From an uncultured delta proteobacterium (GTDB lineage: Bacteria; Desulfobacterota; Binatia; UBA9968): a stretch of 64,000 nt of DNA. The number at the start of each line of letters is the position of its first letter. Positions within the stretch are counted from its first letter, which is position 1. A program made the translations under genes and the position numbers. The notes under the pieces were generated by a model. That model worked only from the letters and a program-made list of their open reading frames with translations. It had not been told where the DNA came from and did not search any database. Of this stretch, positions 14,094-26,831 are shown piece after piece. Where the stretch lies: positions 32,001 to 96,000 of the forward strand of contig CAVUVW010000005.1 in assembly GCA_963745035.1 (NCBI GenBank). The letters are read 5' to 3'.

Positions 14094-14453
14094 GTGCCCA
14101 GAGCTAAAGGTGGAAGCAAATCGAGACAACGGCGCAAAAAGATCATGAAGCTTGCCAAGGGCTACGTCGGCGGGCGGGGACGACTATATCGCTCCGCGCG
14201 CGAGACGGTGGAGCGCGCTTTGGTTTTCGCCTACCGGGATCGGCGGGTCAAAAAGAGAACCTTTCGGGGTTTGTGGATCACGCGGATCGGGGCGGCGGCG
14301 AAGATCAACGGCCTGTCGTACAGCCAACTCATCAAGGGACTCAAGCAAGCCGGAGTGGAGTTGGATCGAAAGATCCTGGCGGAAATCGCCGTCGCCGACA
14401 TGGCGGGTTTCGGCCAGTTGGCCCAGACCGCGAAGTCTCACCTCAACGCTTAG
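14094..14453 (+). CDS. rplT: 50S ribosomal protein L20
   Basis: AAGGAG SD, GTG start; [28 protein letters not shown]. Confidence 0.97.
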   Translation: MPRAKGGSKSRQRRKKIMKLAKGYVGGRGRLYRSARETVERALVFAYRDRRVKKRTFRGLWITRIGAAAKINGLSYSQLIKGLKQAGVELDRKILAEIAVADMAGFGQLAQTAKSHLNA

Positions 14454-14473
14454 TTTTCGAGTTTCTCAGCGAC

Positions 14474-15514
14474 ATGAACGATTCCCTGGAAGCTCTCCAA
14501 GGAGAGGTTCTGGATCGAATTCAACGATCCGGCTCCGAAAGCGAGCTCGAACAGATTCGTGTGGAGACGCTCGGGCGAAGCGGGGCGGTCACGCTGTTGC
14601 TGCGCGGCATGAAAGACGTGCCCGCGGCGGAGCGGCCGCGCCGGGGCGAGGAGTTGAACCGTCTGCGGCGGGTGGTCGAAGATCGTCTGGAAGAACGGCT
14701 GGGGGCGGTGAGAGAGCAAGCCAAAGCGCGTGCCTTGGCGGAGGAGAGAATCGATATCACGCTTCCCGGCAAGCGCTTCGCGCGCGGCGCGCTCCATCCG
14801 CTGACCCTGGTCATCGATGAGATCGTCGATATTTTCCGTGGGATGGGATTTGAAATTGCCCGGGGGCCCGACATCGAAGACGACTATCATAACTTCGAGG
14901 CGCTCAATTTTCCCAAAGACCATCCGGCGCGCGACATGCAGGATACCTTCTTTGTATCGAACGGCCGGCTGCTGAGAACGCACACCTCGCCGGTGCAGAT
15001 CCGCACCATGGAGAGCCGCAGGCCGCCGCTGCAGATCATCGTGCCCGGCGCGGTCTATCGCCACGACGACGACGCGACGCATTCGCCGATGTTCCATCAA
15101 GTCGAAGGGTTCATGGTCGACGATGCCATCGCGTTTTCCGACTTGAAAGGTGTGCTGACTCATTTCCTGCGCCAGATCTTCGGCGGCGAGCTCGCCGTCA
15201 GATTCCGTCCGAGCTTCTTCCCGTTTACCGAGCCCAGCGCGGAGATCGACATTCAGTGCGTGATCTGCGGCGGCGGCGGTGCGAGCAAGTCCGGTCAGAG
15301 CTGCCGGGTATGCAAGGCGACGGGCTGGCTGGAAATTCTCGGCGCCGGCATGATCGATCCGGCGGTGTTCCAGTTCGTCGGCTACGATCCCGAGCAAGTA
15401 TCCGGCTTCGCGTTCGGCATGGGCGTCGAACGCATCGCCATGCTGAAATACGGCATCGACGATATTCGCCTGTTTTTTCAAAACGACCTGAGATTTCTGA
15501 ACCAGTTTCGCTGA
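14474..15514 (+). CDS. pheS: Phenylalanine--tRNA ligase alpha subunit
   Basis: HPARDMQDTF, LRTHTSP, HSPMFHQVEG, FPFTEPS, GFAFGMGVER. Confidence 0.97.
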   Translation: MNDSLEALQGEVLDRIQRSGSESELEQIRVETLGRSGAVTLLLRGMKDVPAAERPRRGEELNRLRRVVEDRLEERLGAVREQAKARALAEERIDITLPGKRFARGALHPLTLVIDEIVDIFRGMGFEIARGPDIEDDYHNFEALNFPKDHPARDMQDTFFVSNGRLLRTHTSPVQIRTMESRRPPLQIIVPGAVYRHDDDATHSPMFHQVEGFMVDDAIAFSDLKGVLTHFLRQIFGGELAVRFRPSFFPFTEPSAEIDIQCVICGGGGASKSGQSCRVCKATGWLEILGAGMIDPAVFQFVGYDPEQVSGFAFGMGVERIAMLKYGIDDIRLFFQNDLRFLNQFR

Positions 15515-15530
15515 ACGAAACCTTGAGAGA

Positions 15531-15584
15531 TGGAGTATTGGAGGATGGGGTCGTGACTTCCCCAACCCAAAACTCCAGTACTCC
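15531..15584. repeat. Palindromic 8-mer repeat element (GGAGTATT.../...AGTACTCC)
   Basis: tggagtattggag ... ctccagtactcca inverted arms between pheS and pheT. Confidence 0.6.
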
Positions 15585-15590
15585 AATCCG

Positions 15591-17679
15591 ATGAAGTTCA
15601 CTTTGAGTTGGCTAAAAGAGTTCGTCGAAGTCGATCTCCCGCCCGCGGAGCTTGCCAAGACGCTGACGATGGCGGGCCTCGAAGTGGAATCGATGGCGGC
15701 CGCGCACGAGCTGGAAAACGGCCAGGAAGACTGGCTGTTCGAAATCGCCGTCACGCCCAATCGCGGCGACTGTCTGGGCATCGCCGGAATCGCGCGCGAG
15801 GTGGCGGCGCTCACGAAAGGAAAGTTAAAGACGCTGCCGGTGGATGTCGCAACAAAGGATCCGAACCTGCAAAAGCGGATTGCCATCGCGATCGAAGACC
15901 CGCTGCTCTGCGCGCGCTATTCGGCGCGCATCGTGGACGAGATCAAGATCGCGCCGTCGCCGGCGTGGTTGCGCCGCCGGCTGGAAAGCTCCGGCATCCG
16001 CGCGATCAACAACGTGGTCGACGTGACCAACTACGTCATGCTCGAAACCGGTCAGCCGCTCCATGCCTTCGATCTCGAGCGGCTCCGGCACAAAGCGATC
16101 GTCGTCAGAGCCGCCGGCGCGGCGAAAAGATTGACCACACTCGACGGCGTTGAAAGGCAGTTGGTGGAGGAAGATCTCTTGATCTGCGATGGCGCCTGAG
16201 CCGGTGGCCCTGGCCGGAGTCATGGGCGGGGCCGACTCCGATGTGCGGCAATCGACCGCTTCGGTGCTGCTCGAAAGCGCCAACTTTGCGCCGGTCTCGA
16301 TTCGCCGCACGGCGCGCCGGCTCGGCCTCCACAGCGAAGCGTCGCATCGCTTCGAGCGCGGCGTCGATCCCGATGGAACGCTTGCGGCGCTCCATCGCGC
16401 GGCCTATTTGCTCGGCCACATCTCGGCGGGCCGTGCCGTCGCCGGAACAGCCGACCGCTATCCCGGTAAAGTGAAGCCGCCGACTATCATTCTGCGCGAA
16501 GATCGCATCGAGAGCCTACTGGGACTCAAGATCGAGCGAGGGCAGGCGGCCGAAACTGCTGAGCGGCCTCGGACATGAAAATCACAGATCAGGCCCGGCG
16601 TCGAAGCCTTGCGGTCGTGCCGCCGTCGGGTCGCAGCGACATCACGCGCGAGGCCGACCTGATCGAGGAACTGGCCCGGCTGCGCGGCTATGATCATATC
16701 CCGAGCACGCTGCCGCTGCTCAGAAACTCCGGGGGCAAAAACGATCCCCAGTTGAACTGGGAAAGACAGCTCCGGTCCTTGCTGGCGGGAGAGGGGCTAA
16801 GCGAGGTGATCAATCTGCCGTTTACGACGGCAGCGCTCAACGCCCTTTTTCCCGGATTGCTTCCCGAGTCTGGCCCGCCCGTCGCCGTACACAATCCGCT
16901 GGCGAAAGAAGACGCGGAAATGCGCCGCAGCCTGGCGCCGGGGCTGATCGAAAATTTTCGGCTCAATATGGCCTTCAAGACGCATGGCTTCCACGCCTAT
17001 CACCTGGGCAAGGTTTTCGGCGTGAGCGCCGCCGGAGACATCGAAGAGCGGCAGTGCGTCGCGGGGCTGCTTTACGGTCCGCGTGGACGTTATGGATTGC
17101 GTCTGGGCGAGGAAACTCCCGGCGATTTTTTCGCGTGCAAGGGCGTGGTCGAGGCCGTTCTGGAGCTGTTTCATCTGCGCGAAGCGGCGCTCTGGGAACG
17201 ACGCGAAAGGGCATCGCTCCATCCGGGTAAATCGGTCGATGTCAGCTATGGCGACGCGCGCCTCGGCTATCTCGGGCAAGCGCATCCCAATATCGTCCAA
17301 CAGCTTGAGTTGCCTCCGTTTTTTCTCTTCGAACTTGACTTCGCAGAAACTGCTTGAGTATGCTCCGCGGCGAATAGCGATAAACGCACTTCCACGCTTT
17401 CCGGCCGTTGAACGGGACGTTGCTTTGGTGGTAGATCGCGACTTTGCCTCACAGCAAGTGATCCGATGGATTAAGGACCTCGGCGAACCTTTGATCGAAC
17501 ATGTTGAAGTCTTCGACCAATACACGGGGGCGCCGGTTCCCGAAGGCAAAAAAAGCTTGGCTTACAAGATTTCTTATCGCGCCGGCGAGAGAACTCTGAC
17601 GGATTCGGAGGTCAATGAACTGCACCATAGCTTGGTGGAACGGCTTGGCAGTGCCTTTGGCGCCGAGCGGCGCAGCTGA
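15591..17679 (+). CDS. pheT: Phenylalanine--tRNA ligase beta subunit, short form lacking the B2 OB domain; about three indels (16195, 16555, 17345)
   Basis: TPNRGDCLG, NNVVDVTNYVMLETGQPLHAFD, SHRFERGVD, RSDITREADLIEE, FPAVERD, GKKSLAY spread over four ORF pieces. Confidence 0.93.
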
Positions 17680-17716
17680 CGGTTTCGACCGCTGGTCCGC
17701 GGGAGAAGGTGTAACT

Positions 17717-18040
17717 ATGACAAAAGCTGAAATTATCACGCGAATCTACGAGAAAGTCGGGTTTTCAAAAAAGGACGCCACGGACGTGGTCGAGGCGACG
17801 TTCGATATCATCAAAGGCTGTCTGGAACAGGGCGAGAAAGTGAAGATTTCCGGGTTCGGAAACTTTGTCGTCAATACCAAACGGCCGCGTAAAGGCCGCA
17901 ACCCACAAACCGGCGATGAGATCATCATCGTCGGCCGCAAAGTTTTGACCTTCAAAGCAAGCCAAATCATGAAGAAGAGCCTCAATAGCATGTCCTCGAG
18001 CGGCGCCGCCGCGTCGCCGAGCTCGACCGCTTCCGAATAG
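17717..18040 (+). CDS. ihfA: Integration host factor alpha subunit
   Basis: MTKAEI...VKISGFGNF...GRNPQTG; conserved position after pheT. Confidence 0.92.
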   Translation: MTKAEIITRIYEKVGFSKKDATDVVEATFDIIKGCLEQGEKVKISGFGNFVVNTKRPRKGRNPQTGDEIIIVGRKVLTFKASQIMKKSLNSMSSSGAAASPSSTASE

Positions 18041-18049
18041 GCATGGGCA

Positions 18050-18404
18050 ATGGCCCCCCGATTGCCGGAAAAAATATATTTCAAGATCGGCGAGGTTAGC
18101 GAGATTGTCGGGGTCGAGCCTTACGTCTTGCGCTATTGGGAAACCGAATTTGAGCTCCTCAGGCCGGCCAAAGCGCCGTCGAAGCACCGGTTATACAAAA
18201 AGCGAGACGTAGAACTTTTGTTGGATATCAAGACGACTTCTGTACAGCGAAGGTTTCACCATCGAAGGCGCGCGCCGCAAACTGAAAGAGACCAAGAAAG
18301 AAGACAAAGATCAATTGAAGCTGCCGCTCTCCGAGCAAAAATATAAAAGCGCTCTGGTAAAACTGAAAAAAGATTTGGAATCTCTCCGCAAATTGCTCTC
18401 CTAA
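18050..18404 (+). CDS. MerR-family regulator (frameshift near 18232)
   Basis: YFKIGEVSEIVGVEPYVLRYWETEF, continuing as LLYSEGFTIEGARRKL in the next frame; ihfA-merR-tRNAPro synteny. Confidence 0.9.
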
Positions 18405-18503
18405 AGATGTCGTAAGTTGTGTCTTGATGGTCCGGCGATGTCCGGGCAGCTAAATTGATTTGGCGCCGGCCGAGTGTTACATTTCGCCTGCTTTAACCCC
18501 TGT

Positions 18504-18580
18504 CGGGGCGTAGCGCAGCCTGGTAGCGCACACGCTTGGGGTGCGTGTGGTCAGCGGTTCAAATCCGCTCGCCCCGACCA
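18504..18580 (+). tRNA. tRNA-Pro(GGG)
   Basis: CGGGGCG/CGCCCCG plus ACCA; anticodon arm CACGC-TTGGGGT-GCGTG; TTCAAAT T-loop. Confidence 0.96.
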
Positions 18581-18732
18581 TTTCATCTCCTGTAGCGTCG
18601 GTTCGCTCCATCCAGCCCGACGCGATTTTCGCCGCGTTCCTGCTGCGCCGTGTTGGCTGCGCCAACCGTATTCCAGAGAATTCCAAAAATCCTTTCTGGA
18701 GCGTGCCGACCGCACTTAGGAGGAATCGTTAA

Positions 18733-18915
18733 ATGCTGCTGAGTGTCTTCGAGAGCGCCGAGAGGAAAGAGCCACCAAGCAAGAACCCGCCGATCCGCCC
18801 GCCCGATGGTAGAAGAAAGCCGCCGAAAAAAGAGCCGCCGGATCCCGCGCACGATGATCGGCCTCCCATCGGCGAGCCGCCGCGGCGACGAGGGCCCAAG
18901 AAGCTGCTCGCATGA
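18733..18915 (+). CDS. 60-aa Pro/Lys/Arg-rich hypothetical protein
   Basis: AGGAGG SD upstream; seven PP dipeptides. Confidence 0.55.
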   Translation: MLLSVFESAERKEPPSKNPPIRPPDGRRKPPKKEPPDPAHDDRPPIGEPPRRRGPKKLLA

Positions 18916-19235
18916 GACGATCGAAAACCTCGTCGTCGGTGGGCGCGCGAGTCCAGCAAGAGGGCAGCTCTCCATTCAGACGAAGCATTCCCGGCGAGCG
19001 ATTGGTGCGGGGGATTTTGCGGCTTGCTGGAACCGCGTCCATCCCGCGCCTTTGGTGGAAAGCCGCCTTGGTTTGGTGATAAAGTTATAGCAATGATATC
19101 TTCAAGCCGGTCCAGCCGAAGATTGGTCTCATGCGTGTCGGCGCACGGTTTGCGGCGTCGCAAAGCTGGCGCGCGAGAAGCCGGCTGGCATCCTATCCGC
19201 GCGGCATACGCGGCAGCTTTCGTCGTCCTTGTAAA

Positions 19236-19902
19236 GTGAAACATTCCGAACCGATCCCTCATGATTTTGTCTGGGCGCGCGACCGCATGGTCCAGGAACA
19301 GATCGTCGCGCGCGGTATCGACGATGCCCGGGTCATCGCCGCGTTGCGGAAAATCCCCCGGCACCTGTTTGTCGATCCCGGCATCGTCAACCGTTCTTAC
19401 GACGACAGCGCCTTGCCGATCGGCGAGAAGCAGACGCTTTCCCAGCCATTCATGGCTGCGCAGATGACCGCCGCGCTGGGCCTGGGCGGACACGAGAAGG
19501 TGCTCGAAATCGGCACCGGGTCGGGATACCAGACAGCGCTGCTGGCGGAACTTTGTTTCAATGTGTTTTCGGTCGAAAAGCTGCGCGTCGTTGTCGCACA
19601 AGGCCAGAAAGCTGCTCGACCGCCTCGGCTATCAGAATATCGCGCTGCACGTGGGCGACGGCACCATCGGCTGGTCCGAGCACGCGCCCTACGACGCCAT
19701 TCTCGTGGCTGCGGCGGCGCCCTCCGAGCCCAAGCCTCTGCTCGATCAGCTTGCCGCCGACGGTCGGCTGGTCATTCCGGTAGGCGACGAACAGGGGCAG
19801 ACTCTGCTGCGCGTGACGCGCACGGAAAACGGTTTCAAGAAAGAACAGTTGGGCGAATGCAAGTTTGTCAAGCTGCTCGGAAAATACGGCTGGCCGGACT
19901 GA
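19236..19902 (+). CDS. pcm: Protein-L-isoaspartate O-methyltransferase (frameshift near 19585)
   Basis: IPRHLFV, ALPIGEKQTLSQP, VLEIGTGSGYQTA, then GDGTIGW, APYDAILV. Confidence 0.93.
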
Positions 19903-19966
19903 GCGCGGGGCCGCTCTCGGTCGCGCGACGTCCACGTCGCTTCACCGCCCGGCGCCAGGCGCGTCG

Positions 19967-20713
19967 ATGATATTTCGCCGCGGAATTCTTCACGGGCTAC
20001 TATCTTCATTCTTGGTCTTTGCTTGCGCCCCGCCGACAGCCACTCCGCCGCCGCCGGCGAACGTGGCGCGGCAAGGCGCCTATCACGTCGTCAAACCCGG
20101 GGAAAATTTGTTTCGCATCGCCAAAGCCTACGACTTGAGCTACGAGGAATTGGCGCGCGCGAACGGCATCAAAGACCCGCGCCACATTGTGGTCGGACAG
20201 AGAATCTTCATTCCGGGAGGAGCGCGGCAACGGCAGGTCGAGGGGAGCGCTGCCGCGGAAGGATTGCCTGCGCAGGGCGGAGCGCAAGCCGAGCCGAGCG
20301 AAAACGCCTTTCTGTGGCCGGTGAGCGGCTCGCTCAACTCAGGCTTCGGACCGCGCGGCTCGGGCTTTCACGACGGGCTCGACATCGCGGCCCCGGAAGG
20401 AACGCCGATCCGCGCCGTCGAGCGCGGCGAGGTGATCTACAGCGATGAGCTGCGCGGCTACGGCAATATGGTGATCGTGCGCCACGGCGGCGGCATCGTT
20501 TCGGTCTATGCCCATAACCAAGTGAATCTGGTGCGCGAAGGCCAGCAAGTCGCGCGCGGCGAAATCATTGCCCGAGTCGGCAGCACCGGTCGCGTAACCG
20601 GGCCGCATCTCCATTTCGAGATCCGCAAGAACAATCTGGCTCAGGACCCGCTGCTTTATCTGCCTCAGTTGTGCTGCGTTCCGGCATCCGATATGTTGGC
20701 GCCGAAAGGTTAG
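19967..20713 (+). CDS. LysM + M23 peptidase lipoprotein (NlpD-like)
   Basis: Lipobox-like LVFAC, LysM YHVVKPGENLFRIA, M23 HDGLD...YAH...HLHFE; follows pcm. Confidence 0.9.
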   Translation: MIFRRGILHGLLSSFLVFACAPPTATPPPPANVARQGAYHVVKPGENLFRIAKAYDLSYEELARANGIKDPRHIVVGQRIFIPGGARQRQVEGSAAAEGLPAQGGAQAEPSENAFLWPVSGSLNSGFGPRGSGFHDGLDIAAPEGTPIRAVERGEVIYSDELRGYGNMVIVRHGGGIVSVYAHNQVNLVREGQQVARGEIIARVGSTGRVTGPHLHFEIRKNNLAQDPLLYLPQLCCVPASDMLAPKG

Positions 20714-20720
20714 AAATCGC

Positions 20721-21872
20721 GTGAAAGAGTTGGCAAAAATTCGCAGCGACGTGGTCGGAAGTCTGTTGCGCCCGGCGCGTTTAAAGGAAGCCCGGAGGCG
20801 TTACGACGCCGGCGAGATCTCGCTTGCGGACACTGCGCCGGACACGAAGATGAATCGATCCGTGATGCGGTCCGTTTGCAGGAGGAAATCGGCCTCCCTG
20901 TGGTGACCGACGGCGAGTACCGGCGCCTGAATTTTCAGGACAGCTTCGGCGAGTCGGTGGCCGGATACGACGCCGGCAAGCCGAGCATGAAATTCTATGA
21001 ACAGCGGGTCGAGGGCGGCACCCCGCTCAGGCGCTGGGAGATTCCCGACCAGGGAGAAGAGAAAAGCACCGCGGTCGCCCAGCGGCGCCCGGTCAAGGAA
21101 AAACTCCGCCTAGCGCGCAATGTGCCCATGGAGGAGTTTCGCTTTCTCAAGGACGCGGCGCGCGCGCCGGGCAAAGTGGCGCTCATCGGTCCCGACCGCA
21201 TCTCGCAGCGCTTCGACTGGCAGAAGTCGCCAAGCCGTCTATTCGGGCCTGGACGAATTTGTCGGCGATGTCGTCAAAGTGGAGCGCGAGATCATCAGCG
21301 GGCTCGTCGAAGCCGGCTGTCGTTACGTGCAGATCGACGCGCCCGGTTATACGGCTTACGTCGATGGGCCGTCGCTCGACGCCATGCGCGCGCGCGGCGA
21401 AGACCCCAAGGAAAATTTCAGCCGCTCATTGAAGGCTGACAACGCACTGATCGACGGCTTCGATGGCGTTACCTTCGGGATTCATCTGTGCCGCGGCAAC
21501 CAGCGCAGCATGTGGCACCGGGAAGGCAGCTACGACGATATCGCCGAGCGGCTGCTCAACGAGCTCCGGCACGACCGCTTTCTGTTCGAGTACGACACGC
21601 CGCGCGCCGGCGGCTTCGAGCCGCTACGGTTTTTGCCCAAGGGGAAAATCATCGTGCTGGGACTGGTGAGCACCAAGGTCGCGGAGCTCGAGACGGTCGA
21701 CGGGCTCAAGCGCCGAATCGACGAGGCCGGCAGGCACGTGCCTCTCGAACAGGTCGCGATCAGTCCCCAGTGCGGCTTTTCTTCGGACGTCGTCGGCAAC
21801 TTGATCAGCGAGGACGACCAGAAACGCAAGCTCGAAGTGGTCGTCGAAGCGGCGCGGCAGATTTGGGGCTAA
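20721..21872 (+). CDS. Cobalamin-independent methionine synthase II-like single-domain protein (two indels)
   Basis: VVGSLLRP, VVTDGEYRR, YVQIDAP, HLCRGN, FLFEYD, ISPQCGFSS across three frames. Confidence 0.85.
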
Positions 21873-21954
21873 GCCTCGCGGCGCTCGGCGCTGCAAATCT
21901 CAGATCTCAATCTCAGTTTCGTTCTCATTCGTAAGGCCGGGAGAGGAACGCAAC

Positions 21955-22491
21955 ATGATGGAAGACATCGAGAGTATCCAACGGGCGATTCGAGATATTC
22001 CCGACTTTCCCAAGCCCGGCATCGTCTTCAAAGATATCACGCCATTGCTGAGCGACGGGCGGCTATTTGCGAAGACTATCGATTTGCTCGCCGAGCGTTA
22101 CCGCGACGAAAAGGTCGACGCGGTGCTTGGCATCGAGTCGCGCGGTTTTATCATCGGCGCCGCGCTCGCTTACACGCTCGGCGCGGGCTTCAGCGTCGTC
22201 CGCAAGCCCGGCAAGCTGCCCTACGAGACTCACGCCGAGAGTTATGCCCTGGAATACGGCTCGGACAGCCTGGAAATTCATGTCGACGGGCTGGCGCCCA
22301 AATCGCGAGTCGTCATTGCCGACGATTTGATCGCCACCGGCGGCACCGCCGCCGCCACCGCAGCGTTGGTTTCGAAGCTCGGTGGCACGGTGGTCGAATG
22401 CGCTTTCGTGATCGAACTGACGTTTCTCCGAGGCCGCGAAAAGCTCAAGCCCCATGGAGTTTATTCCTTGCTTCAGTATGACTCCGAGTAG
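21955..22491 (+). CDS. apt: Adenine phosphoribosyltransferase
   Basis: IPDFPKPGIVFKDIT, ESRGF, RKPGKLP, DDLIATGGT. Confidence 0.97.
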   Translation: MMEDIESIQRAIRDIPDFPKPGIVFKDITPLLSDGRLFAKTIDLLAERYRDEKVDAVLGIESRGFIIGAALAYTLGAGFSVVRKPGKLPYETHAESYALEYGSDSLEIHVDGLAPKSRVVIADDLIATGGTAAATAALVSKLGGTVVECAFVIELTFLRGREKLKPHGVYSLLQYDSE

Positions 22492-22527
22492 TTCAAGAAA
22501 TCACTGGGTTTTCACCGTCTCGTTTCC

Positions 22528-22557
22528 TTGACATCGCCCAGTGATCGTCGGTAGAGT
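22528..22557 (+). promoter_or_regulatory. Putative sigma70 promoter for nuoI-like/thiC
   Basis: TTGACA-N18-TAGAGT. Confidence 0.5.
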
Positions 22558-22656
22558 GACAGTAACAGAAAATCCAGAATCCGAAAAAAGTTGCCGTGCT
22601 GCGCATGCGCAGCTTTTGGCAGCCTGCATCCGATCGAGACTAAACCCGACACAGCG

Positions 22657-23228
22657 ATGAAACGCATCGAAGAAATGTCACTCTGGGAACGGCTTTATTT
22701 CCCCGAGGTGATCCGCGGCCTGACGGTGACCGGCTACCGATTTTGGCGGAATCTGACGATTCATACTCTGCAAAAGCTCGGTTTGGCCAAGGACGCTCAA
22801 GCGGCGATTACGGTGCAGTATCCCGAGGAGCGGTTGCCCTATCCGGACACCTTTCGAGGGCCGGCACCGCTTGACTCTCAAAGACGACGGCGCGGTGCAG
22901 TGCACCGCCTGTTTTCTCTGCGCCACCGCCTGTCCGGCGGAGTGCATCTACATCGAGGCCGGCGAGTATCCCAACGACCCGGTGGAAAAATTTCCGGTGC
23001 GCTACGAGATCGACACCTTGCGCTGTATCTATTGCGGTTACTGCGTCGAAGCCTGCCCGTGCGACGCGATTCGCATGGATTCCGGCACTCATCCCGGCAA
23101 TCTCGGCTTCAGCCGCAAAGACTTTCGTCGAAACCAAAGAGGTTTTGATGGAGCGCTCGCGAGAGTTGGCCGAAAAGGGTAAAGAGGGACTCTACGAAGA
23201 GTACGTGAAACCCTATCGTCACGTTTAA
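22657..23228 (+). CDS. nuoI: NADH-quinone oxidoreductase subunit I-like 2[4Fe-4S] protein (indels near 22860 and 23125)
   Basis: TVQYPEE...[27 protein letters not shown]. Confidence 0.85.
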
Positions 23229-25245
<2,017 letters not shown>

Positions 25246-25267
25246 TTGCCGCTATTTGTCACTGATC

Positions 25268-25300
25268 GAACTGGCCGCCACGCGCGGCCAGTTTCGTTTC
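25268..25300 (+). terminator. Hairpin after thiC
   Basis: AACTGGCCGC/GCGGCCAGTT stem followed by TCGTTTC. Confidence 0.55.
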
Positions 25301-25343
25301 GGGTGCTTGTTCAGTTCGGCAGAACCGGCGCTCTGTTCCCTCA

Positions 25344-25866
25344 ATGGATAAACCGAAACGAATTTTGCTTTACGGGTTCGGCCCATATCAAGAATTTCGC
25401 GACAATATTACCGCACGAATTATCCAAGTCTTTGCCGCCGAGATCCGGAATGAAGAAAATTGTGTTTCCGGTGCGCTTCCAACGGCGGCAGTTTGTCGAT
25501 GCGATCACGCGATTCAAGCCGAAGATCATTCTTGGCCTAGGACAGAGCTCGCGCCGGAGGATCGATGTGGAAGCCCAAGCGGTGAATCGGCGACGCGGGC
25601 GCGGAACGGATCGCTCGAAAGCGATCTCGCCGCGCGGGCCGGAAACCCTCAAAACTACTTTAAAATTGGCGGCCGGACGTAAAGCCGGGCGATCATCCGA
25701 TGCCGGAGACTACGTCTGCAATTTTTCGATGTATGTGATGCTCGATCACATCCGGCGCGAAGGTGCGGATATTCGGTACGGATTCATTCACATCCCGCAC
25801 GACTACGATTTAGAGAAGGCCGGCAAATTGATCGATAGGATTCTTCGGCGCTGCCGTCGAGTTTAG
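25344..25866 (+). CDS. Pyroglutamyl-peptidase I (C15) family protein (indels in the 5' part)
   Basis: ILLYGFGPY...N, IILGLGQ, VEAQAVN, DAGDYVCN, GFIHIP. Confidence 0.82.
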
Positions 25867-25888
25867 ATTCGCCGAAGACAAACTTCGG

Positions 25889-26758
25889 TCAGCTCGTCAG
25901 CCGCTTGAGCGCCTCGCGGTATTTTTCTTGGGTTTTTTTCACGATTTCCGGAGGCAGCTCGGGCGGCGGCGATTTCATGTCCCACGGCAGATTGACCAGG
26001 TAGTCGCGCACGAACTGCTTGTCGAAGCTGTCGGGCGTCTTTCCCGGATGGTAGCCATCAGCGGCCAGAAGCGCGAGGAGTCGGGCGTTAAGACTTCATC
26101 GATCAGGATGATGTCGTCGCCTTCGATGCCGAACTCGAACTTGGTGTCGGCGATGATGATGCCTTTTTTCTCCGCGATTTCTCGGGCGCGGCTGTAGATT
26201 GCGACGGTCGCGTCGCGCATTTTCTCTGCCCGTTTGCTGCCGACTTTGGCTGCCATCTCATCGAAGGTGATGTTGACGTCGTGAGCGCCGACCGGCGGCT
26301 TTCGTCGAAGGGGTGAAGATCGGCTCGTCCAGACGCGATGCTTCCACCAGTCCCTTCGGCAGCGGAATGCCGCACACCGAACCGGTCTGCTGATAATCTT
26401 TCCAACCCGAGCCAACCAGATAGCCGCGCACGATGCACTCCACCGGCGCCGGCAGGCTTTTCTTCACCAGCATGGTGCGACCTTCGAGCTTCGCGCGATG
26501 CGGCTGGCAAGCGGCCGGAAATTTGTCGACGTCGGTAGTGATCAGATGGTGGGGGATGATGTCTTTGATCACCTCGAACCAGTAAACGGACATCTCGGTG
26601 AGAATTTTCCCCTTGTCCGGGATCAAGGTCGGGAGAATCACGTCGAACGCGGAGATGCGATCGCTGGCGACCAGAAGGAGCCTGTCCCCAAGGTCGTAAA
26701 TGTCACGCACCTTACCGCGATTGAACAGCTTCAAACCGGAGAGCGTTTCTTCAGCCAT
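25889..26758 (-). CDS. purC: Phosphoribosylaminoimidazolesuccinocarboxamide synthase (two indels)
   Basis: [44 protein letters not shown]. Confidence 0.96.
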
Positions 26759-26831
26759 GACTAAGCCTTAATAGGTTTTGTTAAGAACGGTTACTCCAGC
26801 GTGGGATACACGCCGGTTTAGAACAAGCGGA

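Noticed and set aside
11238-18580. tRNA-Val or tRNA-Pro as an integration site of a genomic island
   Set aside because: No integrase and no duplicated tRNA 3' end seen in the window
22590-22670. TPP riboswitch upstream of nuoI-thiC (GAGACTAAACCC resembles part of the aptamer)
   Set aside because: It lacks the CTGAGA and ACCTGA...GCGxAGG core elements
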